A stretch of 58,052 bases of DNA. Source: Candidatus Woesearchaeota archaeon (GTDB taxonomy: Archaea; Nanobdellota; Nanobdellia; Woesearchaeales; ARS49). The stretch is taken from the NCBI GenBank assembly GCA_002687275.1, contig NYZT01000001.1, forward strand, positions 1 through 58,052. Direction: 5' to 3'. Of the stretch, positions 24,843 to 33,942 are shown one piece after another (positions within the stretch are counted from its first letter, which is position 1; every line of letters begins with the position of its first letter). A program made the position numbers and the translations under genes. Under the pieces are notes generated by a model. The model searched no databases. It saw nothing but the letters and a program-made list of their open reading frames with translations, and was not told the origin of the DNA.

Positions 24843-26233
24843 GTGAAGTTCTAACCATAAACCGGAACAAGTACGACATCGCATCACCTGACACCAGCTC
24901 CAAGCTACCCGAAGGGTTGTCAGAAGACGTAGTAAGAAAGATCTCCCAAGACAAGAAAGAACCCTCATGGATGCTCAACCATAGACTAAAGTGTTTCAAA
25001 CTCTTCCAACAACTAAAAATGCCTTCTTGGGGACCCGACCTAGGCAAGCTAAACCTAGACAGGATAACGTTCTACGCAAAACCAAACGCAAAACCAAACA
25101 GCAGAAGTTGGGAAGACGTACCCGAAGATATCAAGAAAACATTTGACAGGTTAGGCATTCCCGAAGCAGAAAGAAAATCACTAGCAGGCGTTGGCGCACA
25201 ATATGAGAGCCAAGTGGTCTACCACAAACTCAAGAAAGAGCTAGAAGACCAAGGAGTCATCTTCCTAGACATGGACGTGGCAGTACAAAAACATCCAGAA
25301 CTGGTTCAGAAGTACTTCATGAAATGCGTGCCACCATCATTACACAAATTTGCAGCGCTACATGGCGCAGCATGGTCTGGCGGCACCTTTCTGTACGTAC
25401 CAAAAGGGGTCAAGATAGAGCAGCCACTACAAGCATACTTCAGAATGAATGCCGCACGCATGGGTCAGTTCGAACACACCCTCATCATTGTTGAGGAAGG
25501 AGCCCAAGTGCACTACGTAGAAGGGTGCTCTGCGCCAGTCTACGAAGAGGCAAGCCTCCACGCAGGCTGCGTCGAAGTGTTCGTCAAGCCTAGCGCACGA
25601 GCAAGATACTCCTCAGTAGAAAACTGGAGCAAAAACACGTACAACCTGAACACAAAAAGAGCCCTGGTTGGGGAAAGCGCAGTCATGGAATGGGTAAACG
25701 GCAATCTAGGTTCTGGCTGCACCATGCTCTACCCCTGCACCGTGTTGAAAGGAGATAACAGCAAGTGCGAAAACATAGGAATAGCCTTTGCCAACCAAGA
25801 CCAAAACCAAGACACAGGAATGAAGATCTACCATCTCGGCAAGAACACTAAAAGCACGATTGTTAGCAAGAGCATTAGCAAAAACGGAGGCATCACCACC
25901 TACCGTGGATTGGTGAAGATCGCTGCAGGAGCCACAGGAAGCAAATCCAACGTCCAGTGTGACGCGCTCATGGCAGACAACAAAAGTCAGTCTAACACCA
26001 TACCCTACCTAGAAATCTTGGAGCCACAAAGCGAAACAGAACACGAAGCAACCGTAAGCAAAATCCAAGACGACCAAGTGTACTATCTTATGAGTCGGGG
26101 ATTAGACAGGCAACAAGCCACCCAGCTCATCGTCTCAGGCTTCATAGAACCCATAGTCAAGAACCTGCCAATCGAATACGCAGTAGAGCTCAACCGACTC
26201 ATAGAAATGGAGATGGAGGATACACTAGGATGA
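24839..26233 (+). CDS. sufB: Fe-S cluster assembly scaffold SufB
   Basis: 464 aa with typical SufB blocks: GVGAQYESQVVYH, FLDMDVAV, EHTLIIVEEGAQVHYVEGC, and the C-terminal YLMSRGL...A..LIV.GF. Confidence 0.9.
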   Translation: MSEVLTINRNKYDIASPDTSSKLPEGLSEDVVRKISQDKKEPSWMLNHRLKCFKLFQQLKMPSWGPDLGKLNLDRITFYAKPNAKPNSRSWEDVPEDIKKTFDRLGIPEAERKSLAGVGAQYESQVVYHKLKKELEDQGVIFLDMDVAVQKHPELVQKYFMKCVPPSLHKFAALHGAAWSGGTFLYVPKGVKIEQPLQAYFRMNAARMGQFEHTLIIVEEGAQVHYVEGCSAPVYEEASLHAGCVEVFVKPSARARYSSVENWSKNTYNLNTKRALVGESAVMEWVNGNLGSGCTMLYPCTVLKGDNSKCENIGIAFANQDQNQDTGMKIYHLGKNTKSTIVSKSISKNGGITTYRGLVKIAAGATGSKSNVQCDALMADNKSQSNTIPYLEILEPQSETEHEATVSKIQDDQVYYLMSRGLDRQQATQLIVSGFIEPIVKNLPIEYAVELNRLIEMEMEDTLG

Positions 26234-27192
26234 GCTGGCAGTCACTACCCATGCCAAACATGCGATACGGCATCACCGTAAGGTTAAGAGCAGACGAGGA
26301 AGACTTCTTGCTACCGCCTGCAAAAATAGACACCACACCCTTCAAGATAAGCGAAAAGCTTCCAGAAAGTGAGATGCCCAAAACTCGAGCCCAAGACCGT
26401 CTTGAGGCAGCCCACCAAGAGTTCTTAGGAAAAACGTTAACCGTGACCGTCCACAGGCATGCAAGCAGGCCCATACTCATCACAAACCAGTGCAAAGGAG
26501 CAAGCTTTGATCACATCCACATCGTTGCACAACCCAACAGCAAAGCAGTGTTTGTTGAGAAAAACAATACAACGTCACGATTCACCAAGGTAACGCTAGA
26601 CGTAGGGGAAAACGCAGACATCACCTATGGCAGCAAGCACCAAGGAGGAGTGCTGTGGGCAAAAAGAGAGGCAGTAGTGCGGCAAGGAGCAAGCATGCGC
26701 TGGTGCGACGTTGTCAAAGACGCAGACCTAGCCTACAGCCGAACCAAGACCATCCTCCAAGGAGACCACTCCCAGACAACCTATGCCGGCGTGTTTGTCG
26801 GAGAACACGGCCAGTACGACATCGACTCGGCAAACGAACACGTAGGAAAGCACACCAAGAGCGACCTAGTGAGCAAGGGCGTGCTAGAAGGCACCGCCAA
26901 GGCAATCAACCAGGGCACGATAACCATCCAAAAAAACGCACACGGAAGCGACGGCTACCAAAAAGAAGACGTGTTGTTACTCGGCGACGGCGCAGAGGCC
27001 GACGCCATCCCCCAACTCTTCATCCACAACCACGACGTGAAGTGCAGCCACGGAGCAAGCGTGGCTAACGTAAACAAAGACCACCTGTACTACCTACAGA
27101 GCCGAGGGCTCGGAGAGAGACAGGCCAAAGATCTCATCATCCAAGGATTCCTCAACACCGCGTTGGATTCCATGCCGGAGGAGCTTCGATGA
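26230..27192 (+). CDS. sufD: Fe-S cluster assembly protein SufD (short form)
   Basis: SufB/D-family beta-helix with the C-terminus KCSHGASVANVNKDHLYYLQSRGL...AKDLIIQGF. It overlaps sufB by 4 nt. Confidence 0.8.
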   Translation: MSWQSLPMPNMRYGITVRLRADEEDFLLPPAKIDTTPFKISEKLPESEMPKTRAQDRLEAAHQEFLGKTLTVTVHRHASRPILITNQCKGASFDHIHIVAQPNSKAVFVEKNNTTSRFTKVTLDVGENADITYGSKHQGGVLWAKREAVVRQGASMRWCDVVKDADLAYSRTKTILQGDHSQTTYAGVFVGEHGQYDIDSANEHVGKHTKSDLVSKGVLEGTAKAINQGTITIQKNAHGSDGYQKEDVLLLGDGAEADAIPQLFIHNHDVKCSHGASVANVNKDHLYYLQSRGLGERQAKDLIIQGFLNTALDSMPEELR

Positions 27193-28325
27193 AACAAGAT
27201 TTCCCCCTGCTCAAAAAAACCGTCTATCTAGACAGCGCCTCGACAACACAAAAGCCAGGCCAAGTGATGCAAGCCATGCAAACCTACTACGAAGAATACA
27301 ACGCCAACGTCCACCGAGGCATCTACAGTCTAAGCGAAGAAAGCACGGCACTGTACGAAAACGGACGAAAAGCGGTAGCACAATTCATAAATGCATCCGC
27401 TAACAACATAGTCTTCACCAAAGGAGCGACAGAAAGTCTCAACCTCGTGGCACAAGGCCTAGGGCTAACAGAACAGGACGAAGTAATAATCAGCATCATG
27501 GAACACCATGCCAACATGGTGCCATGGCAGCAAACCCAAGCAACCATCAAGTACGCCCCCATGCGGGAAGGCAAGCTGGACATGGACGCGCTAGCAAAGC
27601 TCATCACCCAAAAAACAAGAGTCATCAGCGTCTGCCACATTTCTAACGCCATCGGCGTAGAAAACCCGATCAAAGACATAGCAAAACTAGCACATGACCA
27701 CGGAATACTACTCGTCGTTGACGCAGCCCAGAGCATCGGCCACAAACCAGTAGACGTCCAAGATCTAGGGGCGGATTTCGTGGCCTTCTCTGCCCACAAA
27801 ATGTTTGGACCCATGGGCGTCGGCGTGCTGTACGGCAAGATAGAACTACTAACCCCATTAATAACTGGCGGGGGAAGCATCCAGAAAGTCACCACAGAAG
27901 GAACAGAGTTCCAGCCAGGGCCACACGGCTTTGAGGCAGGCACTCCAAACGTAGCAGGGGTGGTGGGGCTAACCTCAGCCATCGCGTACCTCCACCATCA
28001 CGGCATGAACAAGATAGGAGAACATATCAAGGATATTACTGCATACGCCACCCAGCAACTAGCAGGCATACCCAACCTCACCATTAAAGGAAGCGGCAAC
28101 GGCATCGTCAGCTTCACCGTAGAGAACGTCCACTCACACGACGTCACCAGCATTCTTAGCGAACAAGGCGTGTGTGTTAGAGCAGGCCACCATTGCGCCA
28201 TGCCCCTCATGGAAGTCTTAGGTATCAAGGACTGCGTCAGGGCCAGCTTCCACGCTTATACCACCAAAGAAGACGTTGACACGCTAGTGAAAGGACTTGC
28301 CCAAGTCAAAGAGGTGTTCGCATGA
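27189..28325 (+). CDS. sufS: Cysteine desulfurase SufS (class V aminotransferase, group II)
   Basis: YLDSASTTQKP, NANVHRGIY, FSAHKMFGPMGVGVLYG (the PLP Lys) and VRAGHHCAMPL (the catalytic Cys) are present. Confidence 0.9.
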   Translation: MKQDFPLLKKTVYLDSASTTQKPGQVMQAMQTYYEEYNANVHRGIYSLSEESTALYENGRKAVAQFINASANNIVFTKGATESLNLVAQGLGLTEQDEVIISIMEHHANMVPWQQTQATIKYAPMREGKLDMDALAKLITQKTRVISVCHISNAIGVENPIKDIAKLAHDHGILLVVDAAQSIGHKPVDVQDLGADFVAFSAHKMFGPMGVGVLYGKIELLTPLITGGGSIQKVTTEGTEFQPGPHGFEAGTPNVAGVVGLTSAIAYLHHHGMNKIGEHIKDITAYATQQLAGIPNLTIKGSGNGIVSFTVENVHSHDVTSILSEQGVCVRAGHHCAMPLMEVLGIKDCVRASFHAYTTKEDVDTLVKGLAQVKEVFA

Positions 28326-28699
28326 ACATGTACCAACAGCACATCATGGAACATTATGGCCGCCCGAGCAATTATGGCGAGGTTAAAGACTGCACCCACC
28401 AACACACCGACCACAATCCGCTGTGCGGGGATGAGGTAACCATCCAAGTGAGGGTAGAGGGAGAAAAGATAGCCGCCGTGGGCTTCACCAGCATTGGATG
28501 CGCCATCAGCAAGGCAAGCACCAGCATGCTCACCGAACACATTAATGGTAAGACAGTGGCAGAGGTCAAGACCCTACAAAACCAAGACATGATGGAACTT
28601 TTGAGCATACCCATAAGCCCCTCGCGCGTGAAGTGCGCACTACTAGGGTTAGTGGCCATCAAAAAAGCGCTATACGGAGTGGAAAATGCTAAAGATTAG
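28322..28699 (+). CDS. sufU: SufU/IscU-like sulfur-transfer protein
   Basis: The NifU-N fold shows NPLCGDEVTIQV, GCAISKASTSMLTE and VKCALLG, which carry three conserved Cys. Confidence 0.8.
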   Translation: MNMYQQHIMEHYGRPSNYGEVKDCTHQHTDHNPLCGDEVTIQVRVEGEKIAAVGFTSIGCAISKASTSMLTEHINGKTVAEVKTLQNQDMMELLSIPISPSRVKCALLGLVAIKKALYGVENAKD

Positions 28700-29414
28700 C
28701 AACCTCACCGTAAGCGTAGAAGGAAAAACCATCCTCGAGAACCTCAACCTAGAAATTCCCTTAGACAAGGTGACCACGCTGCTTGGGCCAAACGGTGCAG
28801 GAAAGTCAACCCTGGCACACACCATCATGGGCAGCCCTAACTGCACCATAGAACAAGGCAGCATAATATTGGACAACGAAGACATCACCAAGATGGATGC
28901 TAGCGAGCGAGCAAGAAAAGGATTGTTCCTAAGCTTCCAATACCCTGTAGAGGTTCCTGGCGTAAACCTGGCCAACTTTCTACGCCAGGCATACATCGCC
29001 ACAAAAGGAAAGATAGGGGTGTTTGATTTTAAGAAGCTGCTTGAAGAAAAAATGCAATTGTTAGGCATTGACGCTAGCTTTACAGAACGTAACCTCAACG
29101 AAGGGTTTAGCGGCGGCGAGAAGAAACGTGCCGAGCTCCTCCAGCTAGCAATCCTACAACCAAAGCTGGCCATCCTTGACGAGACAGACTCAGGATTAGA
29201 CATGGACGGCTTAGACCTCAGCGCAAGGGGCATCAACACGCTCAAAGAGCAAGGCATGGGCGTTTTAGTAATAACACACTACGACAGAATGCTTGATAAG
29301 ATACAGCCGGACGCAGTGCACGTTCTGGTTAAAGGGAAGATTGTTAAAACCGGAGATATTTCTGTGGCTAAAGATGTCACACGGCAAGGATTCAGCCAGC
29401 TCCAAGAAGTATAA
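28686..29414 (+). CDS. sufC: Fe-S cluster assembly ATPase SufC
   Basis: Walker A is GPNGAGKST, the ABC signature is FSGGEKKR and Walker B is LAILDETDSGLD. Confidence 0.9.
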   Translation: MLKISNLTVSVEGKTILENLNLEIPLDKVTTLLGPNGAGKSTLAHTIMGSPNCTIEQGSIILDNEDITKMDASERARKGLFLSFQYPVEVPGVNLANFLRQAYIATKGKIGVFDFKKLLEEKMQLLGIDASFTERNLNEGFSGGEKKRAELLQLAILQPKLAILDETDSGLDMDGLDLSARGINTLKEQGMGVLVITHYDRMLDKIQPDAVHVLVKGKIVKTGDISVAKDVTRQGFSQLQEV

Positions 29415-29649
29415 GGTAGTTTTTGACAAGGAAGGCTGCATCGGAGCGGCAGCGTGCGTTGCTGCAGACCCTGAAAACTGGAAGCTGCAAGATGATGGGA
29501 AGAGCTCGTTAAAGAAAGGCAAGGAAGTCAAAGGTCAGTTTGAGCGAGAGATAACCGAAGAAGAACTCCAAGCCTTCAAAGATGCTGCAGAAAACTGTCC
29601 AGTAAACGTCATTCATATTTTTGATGAGGATGGAAAACGTATCATCTAG
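29374..29649 (+). CDS. Small mono-cluster ferredoxin-like protein
   Basis: From the ATG at 29374 (the track frame starts at 29293) it reads MSHGKD...KEGCIGAAACVAADPENW...AENCPVNVIHIF, a C-x5-C...CP pattern. It overlaps the sufC 3' end by 41 nt. Confidence 0.6.
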   Translation: MSHGKDSASSKKYKVVFDKEGCIGAAACVAADPENWKLQDDGKSSLKKGKEVKGQFEREITEEELQAFKDAAENCPVNVIHIFDEDGKRII

Positions 29650-30398
29650 TGTGCGGTAAAGCTCACGGTTAATTTCTCATCGCTCATGTGCTTGCATGCT
29701 CGTTTAATGTTCTCGTTAGTAGCCACTGAGGAAGTATGCAGCTCTGCCTTAGTTCTTCTCGCCAGGGAATCAAGAATGCCATATCTCGGATCGTTTTTTT
29801 CATAAAATTCAGCCCCCTTTGACCCGTACTGGATGGTAACCATGCCACGCGTGGTGCAGATAGAGAACTTGAACGATCCGTCAGGGTGGTGTTTGTTGTG
29901 CGCTCGTGAAAGACCTATGGCGGTTGCAAGGTCATAATGCGAAGGAATGAACTCGTCACGCCTGCCAACGTCAGGCGTTGTCTTCGCAACAGCTGCGTTA
30001 GGTTTATTCTTTTTATGTGGGTGGAAATGCAGCACTTCCAGACTCTTATGGGATCTTACAAGCTTGTTTGTATAGCTCATATCCAGTTGCAGTACCGGAT
30101 TGCCCTCACTATCAATTCTCTCTCTACACCCAATCTCTTCATATCCCTTTTCAGAAGTGTATCCCCAAGCCTCTTCGTATGTCTCCGTCTCACACAGCCC
30201 GCGCATCTGCCGTATGCCTTCATGGCGGGCGATAGGAACAACGTTTCTCACCATGTTAGAAGTGTTAACACTTAGTGTTTTTTGCTCTTGCAAGGGAGGC
30301 CCAGCAATAGCTGCTGAGCACACAAAGGTCAACAGACCACATAGCAATCGCATAAGAGTAATAGGCGTCCAGACTATATAAAGGTTATTAATTTTCAC
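29646..30398 (-). CDS. Secreted hypothetical protein with a JAB/MPN-like (JAMM-like) motif
   Basis: A signal-like N-terminus is LLCGLLTFVCSAAIAG. The motif reads HFHPH...(insert)...IPSHYDLATA against the JAMM consensus HxHPx(n)PSxxD. The spacing is atypical. Confidence 0.5.
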   Translation of the reverse strand: MKINNLYIVWTPITLMRLLCGLLTFVCSAAIAGPPLQEQKTLSVNTSNMVRNVVPIARHEGIRQMRGLCETETYEEAWGYTSEKGYEEIGCRERIDSEGNPVLQLDMSYTNKLVRSHKSLEVLHFHPHKKNKPNAAVAKTTPDVGRRDEFIPSHYDLATAIGLSRAHNKHHPDGSFKFSICTTRGMVTIQYGSKGAEFYEKNDPRYGILDSLARRTKAELHTSSVATNENIKRACKHMSDEKLTVSFTAH

Positions 30399-30419
30399 TA
30401 CCTAATAATGAAGAAAGTC

Positions 30420-31223
30420 TTATAGTTTCTTATACTCAGGCACCACGTCCTTCATGAACGCTTTCATGCCCTCTACCGTCTTAGGATGCTTCAAGAGTTC
30501 TGTGATGACAGGGTAGGGAATGGTGGCAATGTCTGCCCCCACCAAAGCAGCCTCTCTGACCTGGCGAGGGTTTCGTAGGCTTGCCGCCAGCACGCCAGTA
30601 CGGAGGCCGTACGAGTCTAGAAGGCGCTTGCATTGTTTGACCAGCTCGACACCGCTCACGATGCCGTTGTCCTCTAAGGTGTGCTGGTTGTCTTGCCAGC
30701 CCATGGCCGGGTAATAATCACTTTTTTTGAACTCAACATCATGGTTTGTCCGGATGTAGTCATCAATCCTGCCTGCAAAAGGACTCACCACGGTCGCGCC
30801 GGCCTTTGCTGCGAGCAACGCCTGCTCTGGAGTGAAGACCAACGTGCAGTTGACAGGGATGCCCACCTCGGCTAGCTGTTTGATTGCTCTGATGCCATCC
30901 GTGTTTGCCTGCCCCTCCTGCACACTTGTGTGGACAGGGATTTTTATCCAGACGTTGTTGGCAACAGGGTTGAAACGTTTGAACAACTTCTTTCCCTCTG
31001 AAACCATTTTTGCTTCGCTGGTTTCGGTAACCTCCAAAGAAACAGGAGTTCCCTTAGCCGTCTCTAGAATTTTTTTCAGATAGCCCGCCAGATCCACCTT
31101 TCCCTCCATGGCTTCCTTTGCTTTGTGCAGCAGGGAAGGGTTGGTGGTAACCCCATCGATAATACCAAAATCATACACCTCTTGTATTTCTGACAATATC
31201 GCGCTGTCAATGAAGAGCTTCAT
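30420..31223 (-). CDS. tal: Transaldolase / fructose-6-phosphate aldolase family (short type)
   Basis: MKLFIDSAILSEIQEVYDFGIIDGVTTNPSLL and VWIKIPV (the Schiff-base Lys region) are present. The track ORF extends to 31325; I trimmed it to the ATG at 31223. Confidence 0.85.
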   Translation of the reverse strand: MKLFIDSAILSEIQEVYDFGIIDGVTTNPSLLHKAKEAMEGKVDLAGYLKKILETAKGTPVSLEVTETSEAKMVSEGKKLFKRFNPVANNVWIKIPVHTSVQEGQANTDGIRAIKQLAEVGIPVNCTLVFTPEQALLAAKAGATVVSPFAGRIDDYIRTNHDVEFKKSDYYPAMGWQDNQHTLEDNGIVSGVELVKQCKRLLDSYGLRTGVLAASLRNPRQVREAALVGADIATIPYPVITELLKHPKTVEGMKAFMKDVVPEYKKL

Positions 31224-31319
31224 ACACCTCCAGCAGACTTCCGTGTTTATAAGTGTTATTGCGTACGTGTGAGGGGTGGTGGGGCCAAATTTTATAAGGC
31301 ATCCCTCTATATTTATGAG

Positions 31320-32459
31320 ATGCAAAGAGTATCACCTAGAGGGGAGTGGACGCTGATAGCTAATTCCTACAGCATGCCCCTAGCCAAAAAGGTATGCGCG
31401 TACCTGAAGGCAAAAAACGTTACCTGTGTGCTCGAGTCCGTCGTAGATAAGAAGTTCCCTGACGGGTCAAGCTTTGTAAAAGTAGGCCCCTCTGTCATGG
31501 GTAACAAAGTAATCGTCATCCACAACCACCTTGTTGGACAACCAGAACAAACAAATTACGATCTGTTTTTGATCGCGGACGCGCTAAAAAGAGCGAACGA
31601 CGAAGGCGTTACCTTGTGCCCTACGTACTTTGTCTCAAGAGGGGATAAACGAGACGAGGGAAGAGTTCCTATAGCTGCAAAAATGTACGCAGATCTCCTA
31701 CAAAAGGCGGCAGGTAGCAAATTGGAGAGAGTGACCACCGTGCACTTGCACGCTGGCCAAGTCCAAGGATTTTTTGACGTGCCCGTAGATAACATTGGGA
31801 CGCTACCCTTGTTTAGCTGGTATATTAAGAATAAATTATTCAAGGAAATATTTTCTAGTGGACAGCAAGCAAAAGCATTGGCAGTGCTAGCTCCAGACAA
31901 AGGATCAACAGTCATTGCTAGAGAAGCAGCCAACCATCTCGGAGTGCCCCTCTCCTTACGAACCAAGATAAGGAGAGATTTTGAGGAGGAAGAAGGCACC
32001 GTCCACACAGACAGCCTAGAATTCTCTCCTAGCCTGAGAGGCAGACACGTGCTCATCTTTGATGACTTAGTAGACACTGGATCCACGCTCATCCAAGCGT
32101 CTGATGATCTTGTGGAGCTCCACGGAGCCAAGTCAGTCTGGTTCTTCCCCTCTCACCTCGTCATGTCAAAAGACAAGGAAGGCATACCCGCAGAAGAAAG
32201 AATGAAGAATGCCAAAAGCAAGCCCAAAGTGGTAACAACAGACACCATACAACGATCTGAAGAGTACCTCGATCAGAATAGTTCTTGGCTACATTGTGTT
32301 CTCAGCGTTGCCCCTCTTTTGGGGGAGAGCATCTATCGCCAGATCAACGCCATGTCCATAGCAGATCTGCACAAAAAACCAGAAGAGTTCGAAAGCATCA
32401 TTGCGGATTGTTTTAGGAACAATGCTGCATCGTACCTACGTGAGAACGGCGCTGAATAG
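31320..32459 (+). CDS. prs: Ribose-phosphate pyrophosphokinase-like protein with a C-terminal extension
   Basis: FPDGSSFVKV, HLHAGQVQGFFDVPVDN and VLIFDDLVDTGSTL (the PRPP loop) are present. A TATA (ttttataagg) lies ~25 nt upstream of the ATG at 31320. Confidence 0.75.
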   Translation: MQRVSPRGEWTLIANSYSMPLAKKVCAYLKAKNVTCVLESVVDKKFPDGSSFVKVGPSVMGNKVIVIHNHLVGQPEQTNYDLFLIADALKRANDEGVTLCPTYFVSRGDKRDEGRVPIAAKMYADLLQKAAGSKLERVTTVHLHAGQVQGFFDVPVDNIGTLPLFSWYIKNKLFKEIFSSGQQAKALAVLAPDKGSTVIAREAANHLGVPLSLRTKIRRDFEEEEGTVHTDSLEFSPSLRGRHVLIFDDLVDTGSTLIQASDDLVELHGAKSVWFFPSHLVMSKDKEGIPAEERMKNAKSKPKVVTTDTIQRSEEYLDQNSSWLHCVLSVAPLLGESIYRQINAMSIADLHKKPEEFESIIADCFRNNAASYLRENGAE

Positions 32460-32512
32460 TGCAGGAGTGAAATCTACAACATTTTATATACCTCTAAGAC
32501 TGATTTTTGTTA

Positions 32513-33193
32513 ATGGGCATCACCGTTATTTCTGTAGGCGGATCTTTGATAGTGCCAGACAAGATCAACACCTCATGGATTCGCAAGTTTGCATCTCTAG
32601 TCCAACAGCAGGTCCGCAAAGGTAACAAGATAATTCTTGTCACCGGAGGAGGGAGGACCGCACGCTCGTACCAAAACGCTGCAAGAGAGACCGGCAATCT
32701 GGTGCGCGATGACTTGGACTGGCTGGGCATCCACACCACAAGATTGAACGCGCACCTGTTCAGAGCAGTCTTTAGGAAGATCGCACATCCAAAAATCGTC
32801 AAGGATCCCACAAAACGCATTCCATGGAAGGAAAAAGTGCTTGTGGCAGCCGGTTGGAAGCCTGGCTGGAGCACAGATTACATAGCCGTGTTATTAGCAA
32901 AAAAATTCAAGGCTAAGGAAGTGCTGAACCTGTCCAACATTGACTACGCGTACGACAAGGACCCGAAGAAGTATAAGAACGCAAAAAAGCTAGAGGAAGT
33001 ATCCTGGAAAGACTTCCGAAAGATCGTGGGCAACAAGTGGGATCCTGGGCTAAACGCGCCCTTCGACCCTGTTGCATCACGCATAGCACAGCAGGCCAAG
33101 CTCAAAGTGGTCATCATGAACGGGTCTAACCTACCCAATCTGGCTAGCTACCTGCGTGGTCAAGAATATAAAGGAACAAAAATAGAAAAATAA
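32513..33193 (+). CDS. pyrH: UMP kinase (archaeal type)
   Basis: MGITVISVGGSLIVP, LVTGGGRTAR and AGWKPGWSTD are present. The track start at 32507 is TTG; the ATG at 32513 lies ~27 nt from the attttatata box. Confidence 0.85.
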   Translation: MGITVISVGGSLIVPDKINTSWIRKFASLVQQQVRKGNKIILVTGGGRTARSYQNAARETGNLVRDDLDWLGIHTTRLNAHLFRAVFRKIAHPKIVKDPTKRIPWKEKVLVAAGWKPGWSTDYIAVLLAKKFKAKEVLNLSNIDYAYDKDPKKYKNAKKLEEVSWKDFRKIVGNKWDPGLNAPFDPVASRIAQQAKLKVVIMNGSNLPNLASYLRGQEYKGTKIEK

Positions 33194-33219
33194 CCGGTCT
33201 CCCGGCAACATAGAAAATC

Positions 33220-33498
33220 TTACGCAGCTTCTTTTTCTTCGCTTTCGTCGCTTGATTCATCGCCTGAATCATCGCTCGATTCATCACTTGAATCTTCGCT
33301 TGCTTCGCCAGCTTTGCTTACGTTGACTGCTTTTGGTCCCTTTTCGCCTTCTTCTCCGTCAAAGGTTACTTCGTCCCCTTCTTTCAGGGTTGAGCCGTCT
33401 TTGATTTCAGTTTGGTGTACAAAGTACTCCTTACCGTCTTCGCCGACAATAAAACCAAATCTTTTTTCGTCAAAAAATGCTTTTACGTTGCCTTTCAT
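33220..33498 (-). CDS. csp: Cold-shock-domain protein with an acidic Ser/Asp/Glu-rich C-terminal tail
   Basis: KGNVKAFFDEKRFGFIVGEDGKEYFVHQTEI carries RNP1/RNP2-like motifs. The tail is SEDSSDESSDDSGDESSDESEEKEAA. A GGAGG lies 8 nt upstream of the ATG. Confidence 0.85.
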   Translation of the reverse strand: MKGNVKAFFDEKRFGFIVGEDGKEYFVHQTEIKDGSTLKEGDEVTFDGEEGEKGPKAVNVSKAGEASEDSSDESSDDSGDESSDESEEKEAA

Positions 33499-33942
33499 TT
33501 GTCTACCTCCTTTGTCGTATACTTCTCAAAACTAAATCGCTTAGAATTTGAGTCTAGAGCATAAATAGGTGTTTGCCTTTTAAAGTCATCGCTTCTGCGG
33601 GCCCAAATAGCCCTCAGTCCTCGATATAAACAAGCCTAGAGAACGCAGTCACTCCCCAGTGAATAAAACATAGAAAGTTTTAAATAAGATGGGCACGTTA
33701 TACAACCATGGCATTCGAGCAAGAAAAGAATATAGCCAACATCTTTCTAGCGAATGCTACAACCACAGCTGCGTAAGCAGCACATCGTTTTCTACCATAT
33801 AAGGACCATATTCTTGTTGTTATTTTGGGATTTGTAATCCTATAGAATAACCACAAAATATGCGTTCTGGCAGACTATGAAATGATTTTGGAGGATATAA
33901 CATAGCGATAGCCATGCGGGCTTAAAACGCAGGAGAATCAAA

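Noticed and set aside
26655-27068. Arg-rich 137-aa alternative-frame ORF inside sufD, with similar cases at 46269-46676 (in lig), 48698-49111 (in gdh) and 46866-47126
   Set aside because: These are typical off-frame artefacts of Lys/Glu-rich coding DNA. They are extremely basic, low-complexity and fully nested within strongly supported genes.
27323-29257. Minus-strand ORFs 27323-27982 (219 aa) and 28670-29257 (195 aa)
   Set aside because: They are antisense to sufS and sufC, both of which carry unambiguous catalytic motifs on the plus strand.
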